This document shows positions 5,770-9,155 of a stretch of DNA of 9,155 bases, in pieces. Numbering within the stretch: position 1 is the stretch's first letter; each line of letters starts with the position of its first letter. The stretch comes from Breznakia blatticola (GTDB lineage Bacteria > Bacillota_I > Bacilli_A > Erysipelotrichales > Erysipelotrichaceae). Below the pieces are notes generated by a model. The model had not been told where the DNA came from. It made no database searches and saw nothing but the letters and a program-made list of their open reading frames with translations. Made by a program: the position numbers and the translations under genes. The DNA is taken from positions 1-9,155 of the forward strand of contig NZ_SODD01000063.1 in the NCBI RefSeq assembly GCF_004365815.1, written 5' to 3'.

Positions 5770-7599
5770 ATGGAACATAAAAAAATTATAAACTTAGCCG
5801 TTATCGCTCACGTTGATGCGGGTAAAAGTACACTTGTTGATGCTTTTTTAAGACAAAGTGGACAATTTAGACAAAATGAAGATGTAGTTGATTGCGTGAT
5901 GGATTCGAATGATTTAGAAAGAGAACGTGGAATTACGATCTATTCTAAAAACTGTTCGATTATGTATAAAGATATTAAAATTAACATTGTGGACACACCA
6001 GGCCATGCTGATTTTTCTAGTGAGGTAGAACGTATTATCCATACAGTTGATACAGTAATACTATTGGTTGACTCAAGTGAAGGACCAATGCCACAAACTC
6101 GATTTGTATTACAAAAATCATTGGAAATCGGATTAAAGCCAATCCTATTAATTAATAAGATTGATAAACGTGACCAAAGAGCAGAAGAAGTTGTAGATAT
6201 GGTATATGAACTATTCTTAGAACTTAATGCAAACGATGAACAATTAGACTTCCCTATATTATATGGAATTGCTAGAGAAGGTATCGTGCAATATGATATG
6301 CAAACGCCTAGTGAAAACATTGAACCATTGTTTGAAACAATAGTTCAACACTGTGATGTATATCCAAACTTAGATGAGGAACCATTACAAATGCAAGTAA
6401 GTGCACTAGCATATGATGAATATGTTGGTCGTTTAGCAATTGGTCGTATTTACCAAGGAACATTGAAAGCAGCACAACAAGTTATTGTTTGTGATAGTTT
6501 AGGAAATAGCCGACGTGCGCAAGTAAGTCAGGTGCAAATTTACCAAGGACTATCAAAAAACAAAGTTGATGAAGCTTGTAGTGGAGAAATGGTTGTAATT
6601 GCAGGTATTCCGGATATTTCAATTGGAGAAACACTATGTCAAGATATGGATCATCTATTACCAATGGAAATGATTCATGTTGAAGAACCAACAATGTCAA
6701 TGAACTTTATTGTTAATAAAAGTCCATTTGCTGGACAAAGTGGACGTTATGTTACTTCAAGAAATCTAAAAGAACGTTTAGATAAAGAATTAGAAGTAAA
6801 TGTTGGATTGAAAGTAGAAGCAACAGATTCAGCAGATATGTTTAAAGTTAGTGGACGTGGAGAACTTCACATTTCAATCTTACTTGAAAACATGCGTCGT
6901 GAAGGATATGAAGTTGCAGTAAGTAAACCAGAAGTTATCATGCACCGTGATGATGAAGGTGTACTTGTAGAACCAGTAGAAGAAGTTATTGCACTAGTTC
7001 CAAGTGAATATAGTGGAACAGTAATTAATAAACTAAACTTACGTAAAGGGGTTATGGTTGATTTAACTGAAGAAAACGATTTTGCAAAGGTTGTATTTAA
7101 TGTTCCTACACGTGGATTGTTAGGATACCGTAGTGAATTTATCAATGATACACATGGAGAAGGAACACTAGTACGTCGTATTGCTGGATTTGAACCATTT
7201 AAAGGTGATATTCAACAACGTGCCAATGGTGCACTTGTATCAAGTGCAACAGGTAAATCAATGACATATGCGCTTTGGAATATCCAAGAACGTGGACAAT
7301 TGTTTATTGGACCTCAAACACCTGTATATGAAGGAATGATTATTGGGCAAAGTGCTCGTAACTTAGATATGGATGTAAATCCAATCAAGAATAAAAAGTT
7401 AACAGCGATTCGTTCAAGTGGAAATGATGATGCAATGAAACTTACACCACACAAACAAATGTCTTTGGAAGAAGCACTAGAATTTATCAATGATGATGAA
7501 TTAGTAGAGATTACACCAGATGACATTCGTTTACGTAAAAAAGGATTAACTTTAGTTGATCGTAAAAACTTAATGCGTGAAGCAAAAGCTGGTCAATAG
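5770..7599 (+). CDS. typA: Translational GTPase TypA/BipA, 609 aa
   Basis: Carries G1 AHVDAGKST, G2 RGITI, G3 DTPGHADF and G4 NKID. The EF-G-like domain order and the length are typical of BipA. GAGGA lies about 9 nt upstream of the ATG. Confidence 0.97.
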   Translation: MEHKKIINLAVIAHVDAGKSTLVDAFLRQSGQFRQNEDVVDCVMDSNDLERERGITIYSKNCSIMYKDIKINIVDTPGHADFSSEVERIIHTVDTVILLVDSSEGPMPQTRFVLQKSLEIGLKPILLINKIDKRDQRAEEVVDMVYELFLELNANDEQLDFPILYGIAREGIVQYDMQTPSENIEPLFETIVQHCDVYPNLDEEPLQMQVSALAYDEYVGRLAIGRIYQGTLKAAQQVIVCDSLGNSRRAQVSQVQIYQGLSKNKVDEACSGEMVVIAGIPDISIGETLCQDMDHLLPMEMIHVEEPTMSMNFIVNKSPFAGQSGRYVTSRNLKERLDKELEVNVGLKVEATDSADMFKVSGRGELHISILLENMRREGYEVAVSKPEVIMHRDDEGVLVEPVEEVIALVPSEYSGTVINKLNLRKGVMVDLTEENDFAKVVFNVPTRGLLGYRSEFINDTHGEGTLVRRIAGFEPFKGDIQQRANGALVSSATGKSMTYALWNIQERGQLFIGPQTPVYEGMIIGQSARNLDMDVNPIKNKKLTAIRSSGNDDAMKLTPHKQMSLEEALEFINDDELVEITPDDIRLRKKGLTLVDRKNLMREAKAGQ

Positions 7600-7608
7600 T
7601 AGAAATGA

Positions 7609-7637
7609 AGGCGTGTACACAAGTATGCGTCTTTTTT
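7609..7637 (+). terminator. Rho-independent terminator of typA
   Basis: 7609-7618 (AGGCGTGTAC) pairs with 7623-7632 (GTATGCGTCT) as 10 bp including three G-U pairs, with an ACAA tetraloop. A T6 run extends to 7637. The structure starts 10 nt after the TAG stop. Confidence 0.6.
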
Positions 7638-7672
7638 GATGCCAAAGAATGATGTGCATTCTAAGATGTACA

Positions 7673-7701
7673 TTGTTTCTAAACTATGTTTGAACTATAA
7701 T
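7673..7701 (+). promoter_or_regulatory. Sigma-A type promoter candidate for the aminopeptidase gene
   Basis: TTGTTT (7673-7678), a 17-nt spacer, then a perfect TATAAT (7696-7701). The predicted TSS near 7708 leaves a short leader carrying the AGAGG SD. Confidence 0.4.
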
Positions 7702-7726
7702 ATATCTAATGAAAAGAGGTTTATTT

Positions 7727-8962
7727 ATGTTAAGTAAAACAATTATAGAAAAGTATGCAAAATTAGCAGTACGCTCTGGGGTTAATGTACAACCAGGACA
7801 AACAATGGTGATTAATGCACCAGTGAATACAAGAGATATGATTGAAGCCTGTGTAAAAGAAGGTTATGAAGCAGGAGCAAAAGAAGTGATTGTAAACTTC
7901 TATGATGAAAAAATTAATCGTATGCATTATGAATACCAAAGTGTAGAAACTTTGACTGATATCCCTGATTACTTAGTAGAACAAAAAGTTGCACCATTAC
8001 GTAATGGTGGATGTATTTTGCACATCGTAAGTGAAATTCCAGAAGTAATGGCTGGACTAGATGCTACAAAATTACAAGAAGTAGGAATTGCACGTCAAAA
8101 AGCATTTAGAGAATCTAGTGAAATTACAATGGCAAGTAAAGTTCAATGGAGTATTGTAGGGTATCCAAACGTCGATTGGGCAAAAAAAGTATTCCCAAAT
8201 GAACCTGAAGAAGTTGCAATGATCAAATTGGGTGATGCAATTTGTAACAGCGTACAGGTACTTGAAGATAATGATCCAATCGAGTTTTGGAAAGAACACG
8301 ATGAAAACTTACGTAAATACGTAAATATTATGAATGACTATAACTTCAAGTCACTACATTTCAAAAATGAATTAGGAACGGATTTAACTGTTGAACTAGT
8401 AAAAGATCATATTTGGGCAGGTGGAGATGAAGCAACACCTGGTGGTGTAATGTTTAATGCAAATATGCCAACAGAAGAAGTTTTCACGATGCCATATAAA
8501 TATGGAATGAATGGTAAAGTTGTCAGTACGAAACCGCTTAGTTACAATGGAAGTTTAATTAATCAATTTGAACTAACGTTCAAGGATGGAAAAGTAGTCG
8601 AGTATAAAGCAGAAAACAATGAAGATGTTTTACAGTCACTAATTGAGTTTGATGAAGGAAGTAGCTATACAGGTGAAATTGCACTTGTTCCATACCACTC
8701 GCCAATTTCTATGAGTAATATCTTATTCTACAACACGTTATATGATGAAAATGCATCTTGTCATATTGCATTAGGTAGAGCATATCCAATGAATGTAAAA
8801 GATGGAACAACAATGACTCAGGAACAATTAGATGCTGTTGGATCAAATAATTCGATGATACATGTAGATTTTATGTTTGGAACAGAAGACTTAGAAATCA
8901 TTGGGACAACGCAAGATGGAAAAGAGATTACAGTGTTTAAAAATGGTGACTTTGCTTTTTAA
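7727..8962 (+). CDS. Aminopeptidase, M29 family (PepS/AmpS/aminopeptidase T-like), 411 aa from the ATG at 7727
   Basis: The N-terminal LSKTIIEKYAKLAVRSGVNVQPGQ is the typical M29 start. The C-terminal half has EEVFT, GEIALV, YDENASCHIALG and NNSMIHVDFMFG. AGAGG (7715-7719) lies 7 nt upstream of ATG 7727, whereas the track start at 7709 has no SD. Confidence 0.88.
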   Translation: MLSKTIIEKYAKLAVRSGVNVQPGQTMVINAPVNTRDMIEACVKEGYEAGAKEVIVNFYDEKINRMHYEYQSVETLTDIPDYLVEQKVAPLRNGGCILHIVSEIPEVMAGLDATKLQEVGIARQKAFRESSEITMASKVQWSIVGYPNVDWAKKVFPNEPEEVAMIKLGDAICNSVQVLEDNDPIEFWKEHDENLRKYVNIMNDYNFKSLHFKNELGTDLTVELVKDHIWAGGDEATPGGVMFNANMPTEEVFTMPYKYGMNGKVVSTKPLSYNGSLINQFELTFKDGKVVEYKAENNEDVLQSLIEFDEGSSYTGEIALVPYHSPISMSNILFYNTLYDENASCHIALGRAYPMNVKDGTTMTQEQLDAVGSNNSMIHVDFMFGTEDLEIIGTTQDGKEITVFKNGDFAF

Positions 8963-9042
8963 TACTTATTAATTATATCTATGTGAAATTTTGGGAATGT
9001 TATACTATATCCTATAATTCATAAGAAATGAGGCTATTTATA

Positions 9043-9051
9043 TGCTATAAT
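9043..9051 (+). promoter_or_regulatory. Extended -10 promoter (TGcTATAAT) for the downstream structured leader
   Basis: TG at 9043-9044 and TATAAT at 9046-9051, with a predicted TSS near 9058, immediately before the structured GC-richer segment. Weaker alternatives are TGtTATACT (8998-9006) and TATAAT (9013-9018). Confidence 0.4.
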
Positions 9052-9057
9052 AAGCAA

Positions 9058-9155
9058 CGTTGAGGGTGCGCCAGTTCGGTGCATAATATATAATTGGGTG
9101 AAACTCCCAATCTGGTAAAGAATAACCAACAACCAGTACCTAGACTTGGAGCCGA
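9058..9155 (+). promoter_or_regulatory. Structured 5' leader, riboswitch-like, truncated by the window end; closest resemblance is to the FMN (RFN) element
   Basis: No ORF is present, and GC is locally higher than in the flanks. Three consecutive hairpins are seen: TGCGCC/GGTGCA (9067-9083), ATTGGG-TGAAACT-CCCAAT (9093-9111), and CTGGT/ACCAG (9112-9136). TTCGGTGCA, GGGTGAAACTCCC, GGTAA and the terminal AGCCGA resemble the RFN blocks TTCGGGGCA, GGGTGAAATTCCC, GGTA and GCCGA. The spacing is atypical and the 3' half is missing. Confidence 0.35.

Noticed and set aside
5940-7526. Four - strand ORFs (5940-6320, 6482-6700, 6867-7145, 7314-7526) antisense to typA
   Set aside because: All are antisense shadows of a highly conserved GTPase gene. 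They are Ser/Ile/Leu-rich, as expected from reverse-reading AT-rich codons, and have no RBS.
7649-7673. Small hairpin AGAATG-ATGTG-CATTCT and palindrome ATGTACAT upstream of the aminopeptidase promoter
   Set aside because: The stem is only 6 bp and the palindrome 8 bp, in AT-rich DNA. They could be an operator, but the evidence is too weak to call.
7709-7726. ATG 7709 start of the aminopeptidase
   Set aside because: The AGAGG SD (7715-7719) lies inside this extension and is optimally spaced for ATG 7727. M29 aminopeptidases, as I recall them, begin close to the ...KYAKLAV... segment.
8072-8299. 75-aa - strand ORF antisense to the aminopeptidase gene
   Set aside because: This is a shadow ORF with a Phe/Cys/Asn-rich nonsense-like composition and no RBS.
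9028-9063. 11-codon mini-ORF (MRLFICYNKQR) upstream of or overlapping the leader
   Set aside because: It has no SD and overlaps the predicted promoter, so most of it would not be transcribed from that promoter. This is most likely chance.
9058-9155. Alternative classifications of the leader: cobalamin, lysine (L-box), glmS ribozyme, guanidine-III, T-box
   Set aside because: Each shares only one short block (GGTGAAAnTCC, GAGGnGCGCC, GCGCCAG or GCCGA). Each lacks its obligatory core in the available 98 nt: CCCGC-ACTGT and the B12 box, AGTA and TGAAAGG at the right spacing, GACGAGG, ACGA...GGACAAGAC, or AGAGAG and a specifier context.
1-9155. Search for mobile elements, CRISPR arrays, defence systems, tRNA/rRNA genes and long direct or inverted repeats
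   Set aside because: No transposase, integrase or recombinase motifs were found. There are no spaced direct repeats and no tRNA-like cloverleaf segments. Intergenic space is too small to hide such elements; the largest unassigned stretches are under 200 nt.

Overview
This is an AT-rich, gene-dense chromosomal segment that looks like a low-GC Bacillota backbone. It uses the standard genetic code: TGA is a stop at 1971-1973 and Trp is TGG. I support 10 protein-coding genes. On the minus strand at 95-955 is a DUF4438-like conserved hypothetical. It is divergent from a plus-strand run of a two-lobed retropepsin-like aspartic protease, a cyclophilin PPIase, a 115-aa membrane protein, a 38-aa membrane microprotein missing from the ORF track, and a GT4 glycosyltransferase. 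Convergent on that run is a minus-strand pair: a membrane-anchored NodB-type polysaccharide deacetylase followed by a SpoU/TrmH RNA methyltransferase. Next come typA/bipA and an M29 aminopeptidase (PepS/AmpS-like) on the plus strand. The window ends in a promoter plus a structured leader that looks like the 5' part of a riboswitch and is cut by the window edge. I revised two ORF-track starts: glycosyltransferase 2899 to 2920, and aminopeptidase 7709 to 7727. I see no CRISPR array, transposase, integrase, tRNA, rRNA or long repeat. I cannot point to a clear-cut new multi-gene system. The most unusual content is the divergent pair of the DUF4438-like protein and the cytoplasmic bilobed retropepsin-like protease, which share a near-palindromic double promoter. 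The tightly coupled PPIase-membrane-microprotein-glycosyltransferase block and the truncated riboswitch-like leader come next. All family assignments rest on motif recognition by eye; no database search was run.
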